Assembly: GCA_032718475.1 (NCBI GenBank)
Contig: JAUCBJ010001006.1
Location: forward strand, 1-64,000
Source: Nemertoderma westbladi
Taxonomy: Eukaryota > Animalia > Xenacoelomorpha
Reading direction: 5' to 3'
DNA: 64,000 nt
Shown here: piece by piece, positions 1 through 11,542 of the stretch
How positions within the stretch are numbered: position 1 is the first letter of the stretch
Layout of the letters: each line of letters starts with the position of its first letter
Made by a program: the position numbers and the translations under genes
Notes under the pieces: generated by a model
The model's input: the letters and a program-made list of their open reading frames with translations, nothing else
Databases searched by the model: none
Told to the model about the DNA's origin: nothing

Positions 1-371
1 TACCTTGGATTACTTCATGATGATTAAACTAAAAAAGTCGTTTTTTACAACAAAATATTCAAGCCTATTCAAGGCTGCCCATGCCTTTCCCTTACGTATT
101 CGAAGGTCCTCACCTGACTTCCGGATCCATGATCCCAGGTAACAGAAGTCGTCCACATGCTCAAGCATACCATCTTTTGAGCTTATGCTCATCCGATCAG
201 AGACTTGCTGAGGACTTTCAAAGTTAACTGTCAAAATGTTGGTCTTTCTGGAGTTAATAAGAAGACCAACACTAGAAGCAGCATGTTATAATGATTGTTG
301 GGCTCCCTCTATTGATTCTGAGGGTACTCCTAAGTCATCAGCAAAGTCTAGATCAGTTAGGTACTTGGCAG
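1..371 (-). pseudogene. RTE RT C-terminal part
   Basis: Minus strand reads PAKYLTDLDFADDLGV and then VDDFCYLGSWI, continuing the ORF broken at 1782. Confidence 0.9.
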
Positions 372-605
372 TAACAATGTGTTGGCAAGCTGTATTTTTC
401 GAGGTGTTTGTCATTATACATTTAATAGGAAGGGATCTTGGGGTCTTAGCCTCGAATGATAAGTTTATTTTACCGAAAATAACTTATCTTTTATTGGCGC
501 AATTGTAGGACTAATCCCATCACATGCGTACTTTTTAACTGGGTAGTGTACAAATTTAGGAATCGCGTAATTTTTTCTTGAAATTAATATCTCATATCTT
601 TCCAA

Positions 606-648
606 ACCACGTACGCGTTTCGACCTTACTGGGTCTCATCAGCGTGGT
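606..648 (-). ncRNA. Type I hammerhead ribozyme, copy 1
   Basis: Minus strand ACCACG-CTGATGA-GACC-CAGTAA-GGTC-GAAACGCGTA-CGTGGT: intact core, stems I and II, minimal palindromic stem III. Confidence 0.92.
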
Positions 649-711
649 GTCGGATTCGAACCTGGGACCTCGAGGTGGAAACCGAGACTACAACCACTAG
701 GCCACAGGTTC
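645..711 (-). promoter_or_regulatory. tRNA-derived head with Pol III A and B boxes (also at 1057-1123 and 1470-1536)
   Basis: A box TGGCCTAGTGG, anticodon-like arm CTCGG-TTTCCA-CCTCGAG, B box GGTTCGAATCC, ending in ACCA. Confidence 0.8.
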
Positions 712-1017
712 TTGAGATATGGAGTATTAATTTCAAAGCCAGCTGCCATTTTATTAGCCCCTGATTTTTTATTATTGATAGTAACAATGTGTTGGCAAGC
801 TGTATTTTTCGAGGTGTTTGTCATTATACATTTATTATAGGAAGGGATCTTGGGGTCTTAGCCTCGAATGATAAGTTTATTTTACCGAAAATAACTTATC
901 TTTTATTGGCGCAATTGTAGGACTAATCCCATCACATGCGTACTTTTTAACTGGGTAGTGTACAAATTTAGGAATCGCGTAATTTTTTCTTGAAATTAAT
1001 ATCTCATATCTCTCCAA

Positions 1018-1060
1018 ACCACGTACGCGTTTCGACCTTACTGGGTCTCATCAGCGTGGT
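1018..1060 (-). ncRNA. Type I hammerhead ribozyme, copy 2
   Basis: Identical to copy 1. Confidence 0.92.
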
Positions 1061-1430
1061 GTCGGATTCGAACCTGGGACCTCGAGGTGGAAACCGAGAC
1101 TACAACCACTAGGCCACAGGTTCTTGAGATATGGAGTAATAATTTCAAAGCCAGCTGCCATTTTATTAGCCCCTGATTTTTTATTATTGATAGTAACAAT
1201 GTGTTGGCAAGCTGTATTTTTCTGAGGTGTTTGTCATTATACATTTATTATAGGAAGGGATCTTGGGGGCTTAGCCTAGAATGATAAGTTTATTTTACCG
1301 AAAATAACTTATCTTTTATTGGCGCAATTGTAGGACTAATCCCATCACATGCGTACTTTTTAACTGGGTAGTGTACAAATTTAGGAATCGCGTAATTTTT
1401 TCTTGAAATTAATATATCATATCTCTCCAA

Positions 1431-1473
1431 ACCACGTACGCGTTTCGACCTTACTGGGTCTCATCAGCGTGGT
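1431..1473 (-). ncRNA. Type I hammerhead ribozyme, copy 3
   Basis: Identical to copy 1. Confidence 0.92.
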
Positions 1474-1781
1474 GTCGGATTCGAACCTGGGACCTCGAGG
1501 TGGAAACCGAGACTACAACCACTAGGCCACAGGTTCTTGAGATATGGAGTATTAATTTCAAAGCCAGCTGCCATTTTATTAGCCCCTGATTTTTTATTAT
1601 TGATAGTAACAATGTTACAATGTAACAAAATTACGCGATTCTTAAATTTGTACACTACCCAGTTAAAAATTACGCATGTGATGGGATTAGTCCTACAATT
1701 GCGCCAATAAAAGATAAGTTATTTTCGGTAAAATAAACTTATCATTCGAGGCTAAAACCCCAAGATCCCTTCCTATAATAA

Positions 1782-3950
1782 AGGTACTTGGCAGGATTTT
1801 CTCGATTTCTGGAGCCAGTAGGTGGAGTTATCATCACCCCATCATCATTATAATGATCTATGGACATGCGTAGAACATGGTCAACCACAATAATGAGCAA
1901 GAATGGTGCAAGTGTGTCTCCTTGGAGGACACCCCATAACACTTCAAATGGTTCTGTGTCACCGTCAACAGTAGACACAAATGTTGTCGAACCATCGTAT
2001 ACTGATCTGATTGCTGCAATAATTTCATCAGGAATCCCGTAGAATGAAAGTATGCTGACCATACGTGAGCAAGAGACTGAATCAAAGGCCTTGAAGATGT
2101 CAACAAAGATAACAACAGCTAGATGCCTGTCTTTCTTTTTTGATAACTCTTCAATTATCCTTCTAAGTGCCAAAATGGGCTCCATGGTCCCACGACCTTT
2201 ACGGAACCCATTCTGATTTCCATGGAGCAGTCTCTCAATGGGATCCCTGATGCGATTTAATAGAATTCTATTGTATAGCTTTGCAGCAATCGAGTTCAAT
2301 GAGATTCCCCGAAAAGAACCATAGTGTGTTAGGTTGCCCTTCTTGGGAACTGGCACCAATTTATTTGTTTTCATTTCTTGTGGGACTCTTGTTGTTCGGT
2401 ACATGTCTACTATGATGGGATAGATGAGCTTTAAACACTCAGGTATTATAAAGACCTCAGGGGGAACACCATCTACTCCCCTGGCACGATTGGTCTTAAT
2501 GCTCTTTACAGCAGCCTTCACTTCTGCAAAGGAGATATCGCCAAAGGGAATATCTGGGAGTACAGAATCAGACAGTTTTACTTCTATAAAGTTATCAGGC
2601 AATACCCTGTCATTTTTGAGGAGCTTTTCAAAGTGGGCCTTCCAACAATTGAGACAATCGGCCGGTGATTCAGTCTTAACCTTGGTGGTTGGTTGGCGTT
2701 TCCGCCCGGTAAGCAAGTTGATCGATCCCCATGCCTGGGATGATTGCCTGCTGTCGTCGGCATCATTGATGGCATCAACCTGTTGGTTTATTAGCTCCTG
2801 TAGATTAACAGAGTACTGTCTGTTCAGGGACCTAGATGAAGCCTTAACTGCATTCTTGGCCGCTGTAGTCTGTGTAAGTTGGGACTCTTTCTGCGCCTTT
2901 TGGAGGTCATTTCGGCACTTTTGAATTTTGCTGTTAGTCCAGGGGGCCCTTTTCCTGTTTCGAGGGAATACAGGAACTGTTTCTGCAGCTGCTAACTTAA
3001 CTGCTTCTGTGAAGGTAGTATAGCCCTCGCAGTGATCTACCGCTTCAGAGGCAAGAACCCTCATACCTGTTGCTCAGCTGTAGTGTGAACCTGGATCTCA
3101 CTCACACTTGGCTGATGCAACAGGGAGGACCAGTCATGGCGCGGCAAGGCAGGTTTCGTTGTTTGGCTAGCATGCAGACTAAGTCTTAGGTTGGCCACAA
3201 TAAGGCGGTGATCACTGGGGAAGGGGCGAAGAGTAAATGCATTACAGTCTTGTATAGAGCTCCTGTATTTCCTACGAAACAGAATATGATCTATCTGGGA
3301 CTTGTGTCCACTGGGTCCATTATGAGTCCATAGCTTTCCAGTTCGCTTCTTGAACTGGGTTCCAGCCGAAAACAATCCATTTCCAGAGATAAAATCCTGA
3401 AGATGGACGGAATTTCGGTTAACTCTATTGCTATAGATCCAGGGCGATGTAGGTGAATGATGCCTTGCATTAAAGTCTCCCAGGAATGTTAAGAATGCAT
3501 GCTGATCCACAACATCAGTAGCTGCTTGTAGATTGTGGTAGAAATTTTCCACCTCCTCTATAGGGGCAACACTAGTTGGAGAGTAGCACACAATCAGAAC
3601 CACCTTAGTAAAATTCTTAGCAAGTCTTCCAGAACATGAGAAGTGGCAACGGATGATGCGGTTAGAGATTTGGTCTATTTTGTCCAATTCTGCATGTGCA
3701 GTTGGATTCATCAATAGACCAATTCCACCATTGCCACTATCATCTGTTGATGCGAGGGCGAGTCGCCAACCGCCCCCATGTCCTTAATCAAAACCTTCAT
3801 CAGTCTGTCCAGTCTGCATTCGGTACTCTTGAATACCAACTGCGCTAAGACAAAGCTTATCTGCCAAGGCAGTCAGCTCACCTTGTCGCATTGGGGACCT
3901 GAGTGTTAGGGTGTTAACTGAGGCTAGTCTAGTGACCTGCCTCAGATTCA
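1782..3950 (-). pseudogene. RTE endonuclease plus RT N-terminal part (frameshifted)
   Basis: ORFs 3061..3714 (EN) and 1742..3064 (RT). RT homology breaks at ...RENPAKYL. Confidence 0.9.
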
Positions 3951-4524
3951 CCAATGGCTTTGTTGGTCTGGGTGGGACATTAGAGTAGCCTCAAACTCCA
4001 GAATCCCTCTCCCCTTACAATCTGGCCTCACTGGTAACCCAGGTTTTGGGCCAGAAAGGTCATCAAGAAAGGAACTCAAAGAATTGTTGGCCGCTCTCTC
4101 TCCAGTAGGGGGTAAGACAGGCAGCCGGTCAGGAGATAACTGACGCCTGTGAGGCCGATTGTGTCCGGTAATTCCACTGGCCTCTAGTGGCCAGACCTCC
4201 GCTTTACTATTATAATCCATAGTGGGGGTTGGGGGGTGCTTTTTTGCCGAGTCAGCTATCGGGGCAAATACCACACCCTGGTTTGCCATTCCACAGGATG
4301 GGTGTCGCAGTGGAGTCAGATATGAGGCCCATCACCCATACCTACTCTGGCGCACATGACCCACCATTGGCTGTACAGCTCATCTGCTGGATCATGCCCT
4401 GTACCCCATGCTGCCAGGTGCAGGTCGCAGTGAGGTGAACTCAGAGTGGACATGAGAACACTCTACTCCGGGCCAGCCATTGGTAGATCACCATCTGCCT
4501 GGCCAGGCCTGGCCAGGCCATCAC

Positions 4525-7270
4525 AAAGTTTTAATACACAACACAACAACAAAAACAATAACTGTACACAATAACACAGTAACCGGGCTGTTACAAGTTT
4601 AATTTGCAGGTCAAACATTTGAATTTATAATATTGTAATTAGGTTTAGTAGTTTTCGTCTGCAATTAAATAATTATGTTATTTCTTCACGGGCGTAGCGA
4701 GTTAGAAAATGATTTCTTACTTTGTTTTGAAAGAGGGATAATTTATTAATTTTCCTCATGTCTAGAGGGAGAGCATTCCAGTGTCTGATTAGATTTAGTG
4801 TTAAACTATTGTAACCATGAGTATTTTTAGTTGCGGGGATCTTGTGTTTAACTTTGTGTCGTTGTGTTTTAGTAGAGGCAGTTCTAATTGTTGGAAAGGG
4901 ACACTTAAATTATTTGAAAAATAAATTTATTGCGAAATTTATCTCTATAGGCCGAGATTAAAGGAATTTTTGCTTTCCTACGTAATTCAGTACCAGATTT
5001 ATCTCTTAATTTAGTGCCGTAGATGGTTCGCAGTGCCATATTCTGTATTTTTTCGAACTTATAAAGTAAATTATTATAGCCATGACGTTGATGTAAGGAG
5101 TGAAGCAATATGCAGCAGTAGTGGTGGTGAGGCAATATTAATGATTTGTATATATTTATTTTGGTGGCTGTCGGAAGTTGGCCTTTTATTATTCTGAAGG
5201 ATGATAGTGCAATTGACATTTTTTGCAGTGCTTTATCTATTTGCTCTTTCCAATCAAGAGAAGTATTTATAGACACCTAAGTATTTAACTGTTTTGCTTT
5301 GATCTAATTTTGGAGAGTCCTGAATATTGAGTGTTATATTTTTAGTTTGTTTGTCGTTTTTGCGTGGTGAAAGAAGTAAAAATTATGTTTTAGTTTTGTT
5401 CATTTGTAGACTGTTTTTTGCATATATTTCCGAAATATGATTAATATTTTGTTCCAGAATAGATGTTGCTGTGTGAGGGTCTTTGTCGGTTGCATACATA
5501 ACGGTATTGTCCGCATAAAAGGTTATATTTGAAGAATTAGGTCAATTTTCCGAAAAGTCATTTGTGTAAACAGTAAAGAGTAGAGTGCCTAAAAGTGTAC
5601 CCTGTGAAATGGTGCATCTCTTTTTTCTGTTGCCCATGGCGACAATACATTGTTTAATTTCACCCGTTGTTTTCTGTTTTCTAAGTAGCTATGAATTAAA
5701 CTTATAGCTGTTTGTTCGAAACCAATATTCGATAATTTTTCTAACAGGGTTTTGTAATCGACCGAATTGAATGCTTTGCTTAAGTCTAAAAATCCTATCG
5801 CTACATAGTTATTCGAGTTTAGTGCTGCTTTCCAACATTCACTTAGATAGACAACAGTGTCTGTTGTTGAATAACCAGCACGAAAACCGAACTGACGAGG
5901 AAACAGCAGATTGTTGCGTTTTATACATTGTTGAATTTTCAGTGCTGTAATTTTTTCGAGTAATTTTGCCAGTGGGTGAATAATTGATATCGGTCAGTAA
6001 TTTGTTGGATCTAATATGTCTTCTTTTTTGTAGATCGGGATGACAATTGCCTGTTTGAGTCTGTTCGGGAAATATGATTGAGTTAGACAGCAGTTGAATA
6101 TATGTGTTAAAATTATATCGATTTTGGGGTTTAGCAATTTAAGTATTTTTAATGGAATATTTGATTGGCCACTAGGTTTATCTTCTTTTACTTTTGATAT
6201 TATTTGGTGTGTTAGTAATGGTGAGATGTTTGCAAATGTGAATGTAGTTTTAAGTTTCTTACCAGATATACTGCATCTCCCTATACTTGAATGAGCTGGA
6301 TTGCCATTGGTTATAAATTTACCTAGATTGATATAAACTTTGTTGAATATTGTTGCAATAATTTTTTTGTCCGTGTGTAACGTCCCCTTATGTTTTACTT
6401 ATTTTACAGTTGAGTTTATTTTGTATCTTCCTAGTATTGTATTTATGACATTCCAGCGCCCCCTTGAGGTTGTTTGATTAAGGAATTTATTTTGCATGTA
6501 TTTATTTTTTAGGTATTTATTAGCGCAATTAAATCTGTTTCTGGCGTTTTTATATTCATCAAATGCAGTAACTGTTTTTGTTCTCCGCCAAATGTGAAGT
6601 GCATTATATTTGTTATTCCTTAGTGTTTCCAGCTCTGTACACTCCCACTCTGATTTAGTTTTATATTTATTTGAATGCTTTACTAGTTTACGCTTTATTG
6701 GTGGGTGGTTATTAAGTATATGTTCAAGTGTTTGCTCAAAAATTTCAATTTTTTCCCAAATTCCATTTTAAAAATTTCCCCAATTTACGCTGTTAATATC
6801 TGCCTAAAAGGCCGAATTGTTGAATTTATTAAAGTCCCTGAAGTTTATCCATTTATTATCTGATTTATTGGAGCTCTGCTTGTTTGAGAAAAGGTTGGTT
6901 GTGAGTGTTAGTACAGTATACTCATGATCTGAGTAGAAGCATGGGAAAACCTTACATTTTTGGATGGTGTTGTGATCTAAGTTTGTTATTACCAGATCTA
7001 GTAATGTTGCTAATTTTCTACTGTAGTTCGTTGGTTCAGACCTGTTATGGGTAGTTAAGCCAAGTGTATCTAATGCAAATATTAGTTACTTTGAACTTGG
7101 TGCATTTGTACTTAGAATAATATTAATTAATATTAAGTTCACCTTGAATGATTATTTTAGCGTTCGGTTCCAATAGCAAGGCTGCTTCAATTTTCTCTGA
7201 TATTCGTTTATGAACTCAGACTTGTTTGCTCTGGGGGGATTATATACTGTAAAAATTATGTACAAATACA
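4525..7270 (-). mobile_element. Degraded CR1/L2-group LINE (ORF2 remnant)
   Basis: Minus-strand remnants VYNPP, YSDH, QFGFR, FLDLSKAF and FYADNT. ORF 4905..5276 has a CR1/L2-type C-terminus (IYKSLILPH..YC). Confidence 0.8.
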
Positions 7271-7328
7271 GAGCAAATTGCAATAGCTGATAGCAGTACA
7301 GTAAATGACGTAAGTGATGGTTTAAAAC

Positions 7329-8400
7329 TGTTGCCGGTCCGCGTACCGTGCACTCGGGTGAGCACTTAATAAACTGACCAGCTTTGACACGGTTATATAA
7401 TTAACACACCAATATTACATTCATCTCTACTTTACTATGGCCTCTGATACACAATGAATGCCTTCCTAACCTTACTCAAGTGCCTTCTTGCCCCCCATTG
7501 GCCCTAACTATTAATTCTCGCCTTTGGCACTTCCCCTGAATGTTATCCCCCCCACTAGCCTTGACTAGCTGTATTTTGTCCCTGTAAGTGGTTGGACCCC
7601 TCACCTTTCTCTTACGGCATCCGCGTCACCAAAGTCACCCCGAATTAATCGGAACCTTAAGGTCCAATTATTTAGAGCAGCAGTGGTTCCAGTACTCCTC
7701 TACGGGAGTCCAAGCTGGGCTCTAACTGCTGTGGATACCAAATCTCTGGATGGCACATTCACAAGAATGCTACGCCGGGTTCATTGTGTCAAGTACAATG
7801 CACACATCTCCAACCAGACACTATATAACCTAACTCGGGTTCCCCCGAGCTTGACACTAGAACAAAATCGCCTCCGCTTTGCAGGACATTGCTTTCGCCG
7901 TGAGGACCAGCCGGTGCATAATCTTGTACTTTGGCAGCCTCATGGAGTGAATAAGCATGGTGGACAGCCCATGACTTTCTTGAGACGTATCTTAAAGGAA
8001 ACTGGCCTTAAAGATGCGGATGATCTAGCAAATGTCATGGGTGAAAGGGAGTTGTGGTGGTGCAATTTTGTTGACAAGCTGGCACAGCATTCTTAAAAAT
8101 TCAGCTGCAATGCAGCATGCCGATCCTAGTAGTACGGCATCCGCCGTTCTCCCATTCTGGTTTGAGGTGAGGTTATTATTGGTAACCTCACCTCTCGACT
8201 TATATTGGTAAAACGCTACTCACCCCACTTTGGGTGGATAATGCAAGGGAATTGAATCCACTTACACTCTCCCCATGCTATCTTCACAGTGAGAAGATAG
8301 CATCAACCTCAAGTGCGCTTTAATTCCGCTGGAACCCAATCTAGTATTGGGTGTGGGGTGGAATTCTTTTCTCGGGGTCGGCTTTCCAAACCCCCCCCCC
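7329..8400 (-). mobile_element. Element F: 3' LTR (~7329-8266), polypurine tract (PPT) and 3' internal remnant of a BEL element related to A/B
   Basis: 8267-8390 matches B 44404-44530 (PPT and ATGCTATCTTC hairpin). LTR begins TGTAAG at 8266 on the minus strand. Far end at 7329 is tentative. Confidence 0.6.
7625..8132 (+). mobile_element. 5'-truncated RTE LINE inserted in the LTR of F
   Basis: ORF 7683..8096 is an RTE C-terminus (PVLLYG..W, RLRFAGH). (TAG)n tail. 12-bp TSD TACGGCATCCGC at 7613-7624 and 8133-8144. Confidence 0.88.
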
Positions 8401-8419
8401 CCCCCCCCTGGGCCTGTTA

Positions 8420-11260
8420 TCACTACTGAGTGCAAGCGTCAGATGCTGCTTTCTTCCGCGCTAACTCGTTTGCTGCTGCAGCTGCTGCAGCTTCTCGCGC
8501 TAAGTCTTCTTCCAACCTCCGCATCTTCAAGGCCTCGAATTTGGCTGGGGCCTGAAGTTTTGCAATTTTTACCTCGTCTTCCCTACGTTGTCTCTCGCCT
8601 TTGATAGAAACTTGTGCCATCTGCTGTTACGCTTCTTCCTCGGCAACTTGTTGTTGGCGTGCAACCTCTTGTTGTTGTCGAGTTATCACCAACGTCGTCC
8701 TACTAATGTTGCCATCATCATTCCGTATGCTAGCGAATGATCTATCCAATGGTGGAATGGGGTAGGCTCGCAAGCCTTCTGCAGCTAGAACTTATGTCAT
8801 CCCTCGCGGTTCGACTTCCAGTTTTTCGATCGGTACACCGCATCTACAAAGAAAATTTGTGCGCGTTCCTAGCCTTCCGTCCAAGCAATATAGTTCTTCT
8901 TCCTCTTCGGGTTGTAACAATGCGTCGGAAGCAGACTCACCCATCAGTTGATCGAGTTGCTCTCTCTGAACCAATCCTACAGCCGACTTAAACTGGATGA
9001 GGCTTTCCCATGCACTTACCAACTTATTGATTATCTTTACTTGCGTAAAGTTGGCACCATGCAACTCTGCAAGTTCGTGTAAACCTTTAAGTTTATCTAC
9101 GGAGGCAAGTACCCTACTTTCTATCCTCATCTGTAAGGTGTAGAACTCGTATCTCGACATCGGGGTGGTTAAAACCTTCTCCAAAATTTTGAGTAATCTG
9201 GGCCATGTGTACTCCTATACTCCTAATAATGTTTTCTTGTCTTCCAGCCAAACTTATCATGTCCGGTTCCCGCAATCTGGGCTGCGGGATGGATGTTAAG
9301 GAAGTCTTTGGTTCTACTGTTACAACGCGTTGCGGCTTCCGGTATTTCCGTTTGTCGCCGGTACCACGGACGGAAATACCGGAAGTGACATCGGTGTTGG
9401 TGTGACATTGAATATTGGTGAGCATTGGTGTGACATCGGTAGAATCTCTGGTCCTCCTTCTCTGGTCGTCTACTGTCAATCTGTCTGTGTCACACGAATC
9501 ATAGTCGGTAGGTGGGTATTGAGTTGAGTGTGGTGTATCACTCATGTCTATTATATATGTCAAGTACAGGTAATAAATTTCAAAGTGTCAGAATGTTGAA
9601 ATGTCAAAATGTCAAACTTACCTCAGTACATATATACTATATATATACCCTGACCGGTACAAATAAAATAGAAAAGTATATAATAAAATAATAATGATTC
9701 AGCATACCGGCTAAATCTGTACGAATAAATGAGATAATGGTATACTCTACCAAAATGTAGATCAATAAGTACAAATAATAGGCAAAACAGCAACGTCTAA
9801 TGGGAAAATAAGTACCAACAAACACACTAATTAGACAGTGGAATCCACAAATTTTGAGTACTACTGTGCTCTAAGTTTGAACGACACGAGGCGTAAAAAC
9901 TTACGCTCCTTTGATACTCCAGTCATACAAATTCCCAGATACAAACCGGACGAGAACTGTTCCGTTATCAGCGTCGCGGACGAATTTTGTGTCTCCCAAA
10001 CTTGCTAAAAACGGCCTAGTCCCTTGAGGTGGTCCAGAAATGAGTCCTTGAGTCCTGAAAAGTCTAAGGTGAGAGTTTTACTAATTACTCTACAAAAATC
10101 TTCCTAGGTACCGATACAAATTGGTCTTTAAACCTTGTGTACCTTTTCAAGTACCGAAAAAGTAACACCGCACACACACAGCATAAAACAAGTAATTACA
10201 AATTAACTAGCTATTTATAGCTAGCCAAATACGAAACTACTAGCTACCCTATAGGCCTACTGGCAGGGGACTTTCTACAAATTACTAATTTTACTAACCT
10301 TTACATTGTAGATTATCTCCAACTGAAAAGTGCGCACGCACTTTTCAGGGCGTACAGATCTAAACGATACTATACTAATTTATATAGTTGAAAAGTCCAG
10401 TAGTATACCGCTTACCGGATCCTAGTAACGATGTACATTACTGTAAGATCTAGTAGTGTATACGGGCTCGTACAGTATCTGACAATAAATCCCAGTCCAG
10501 GGTGTCTAAATAAACATATACTGAATACGCGAACTACTACTGGCGAGGAACGGAGCCTGGTGTCTATTCTAATACGTGGGCGAGTCAAATGACCGGGCGA
10601 ACTAGACAAAACAGGATACCCGGCCTCTAACTGGTGAGGCAGATGTACAGTCTACGGTGACAGACCAAACTCACGAGAAAACAATCCCCGCCCAGCGAAT
10701 CCTAACTATCGCTAACAGACCTAAATACCGTAAACTTGCCGTAGTGTGATTTATATAGTTTATATACGAGCTAGTGGATTAACAGATTAGCGTAACAATA
10801 CTACTAACAAGCGGTAGCAGTCAAAAGGGGGTAGTACCTAAAGTAACAATACTGCTGTCAGGAGCAAAGCAGTCAAAGGTGTGCATGCCATCTAAAATAC
10901 TTGCTGTAAAACTAAATACTAAATATCTCCTAAAATTACAAATACAAATAGTAAATTACAAATGGATTCTGCCTGAAAATAAACCTAAAGTAAGCTGTAA
11001 GCTAGTAGGTCTCGAAGGGGGTATATATGTCTTAGGATGTGTGTGTGTGTGTGTGTTACAAATAACACTTTTTTGGTGTATCGCCGTCGTACTAGGTTTT
11101 GGTGATTTCTGACCAAAACAATACCGGGCTCTAGCTACTAAAATAAGCTAGTCGCGCTCTGTAGGGCTTTATACTTACAAAATGACGTCAAAGCTCTCTC
11201 CTTCCTATCCACAACTCAACCGGGCAATTACGGTGTTAGTAACTACACCAGTGATCGGCA
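8420..11260 (-). mobile_element. Element C': gag N-terminal region and long leader of a family C BEL element
   Basis: ORF 8423..8620 is near-identical in protein to 63583..63861 and shares the family C hairpin at 8761. Upstream boundary uncertain. Confidence 0.6.
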
Positions 11261-11542
11261 CAAATACCAGATTCTGGTTGTAAGATAAGAAATAGGGGTT
11301 AATTGCTACCGTACGCTAGCTGATCTGGTATACAAATTTGATTCTAGAATTTTGTTGCTGCGGTAGTTAGCAGCAAATACCTATCAGTACGTGGCAAGGC
11401 GCGGTAGGATATTAATAAAACCTCCCTAGATCAAGCAGTGTGCCGGTAGCAGGCTATTCCTGGTGCGCTACCCGAAGCAGACAATACGATAATTGAGACG
11501 CGTGGCGTTCTTGGAGCCGGTGGAATTTCTTCTGGTGGCATT

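Larger units (their letters stand above)
372..1781 (-). mobile_element. Non-autonomous retrozyme/SINE-like array: three ~412-bp tandem units plus an inverted partial unit
   Basis: Units start at 371, 781, 1193 and 1606. Inverted partial copy at ~1626-1781. 13-bp TSD AGGTACTTGGCAG at 359-371 and 1782-1794. Confidence 0.9.
1..4520 (-). mobile_element. RTE-clade LINE, degraded, 3' end outside window, interrupted by the retrozyme array
   Basis: APE endonuclease motifs (GIQE, CYSPT, GDFNA, IDHI, SDH) and RT motifs (QNGFR, DIFKAFD, GVLQGD, FADD, YLGS). Single-ORF layout with a ~570 nt 5' region. Confidence 0.9.

Noticed and set aside
645-711. Functional tRNA-Gly genes
   Set aside because: The acceptor stem does not pair, the anticodon stem is bulged, and the sequence is embedded in a mobile repeat.
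4300-4520. HDV-like ribozyme at the RTE 5' end (CCAA motifs, 22-bp palindrome at 4497-4518)
   Set aside because: I could not build the nested P1/P2/P3/L3 pseudoknot by eye. A descriptor search would be needed.
10600-11300. 5' LTR and PBS for D or C'
   Set aside because: No match to the D 3' LTR, and several TGG candidates cannot be distinguished.
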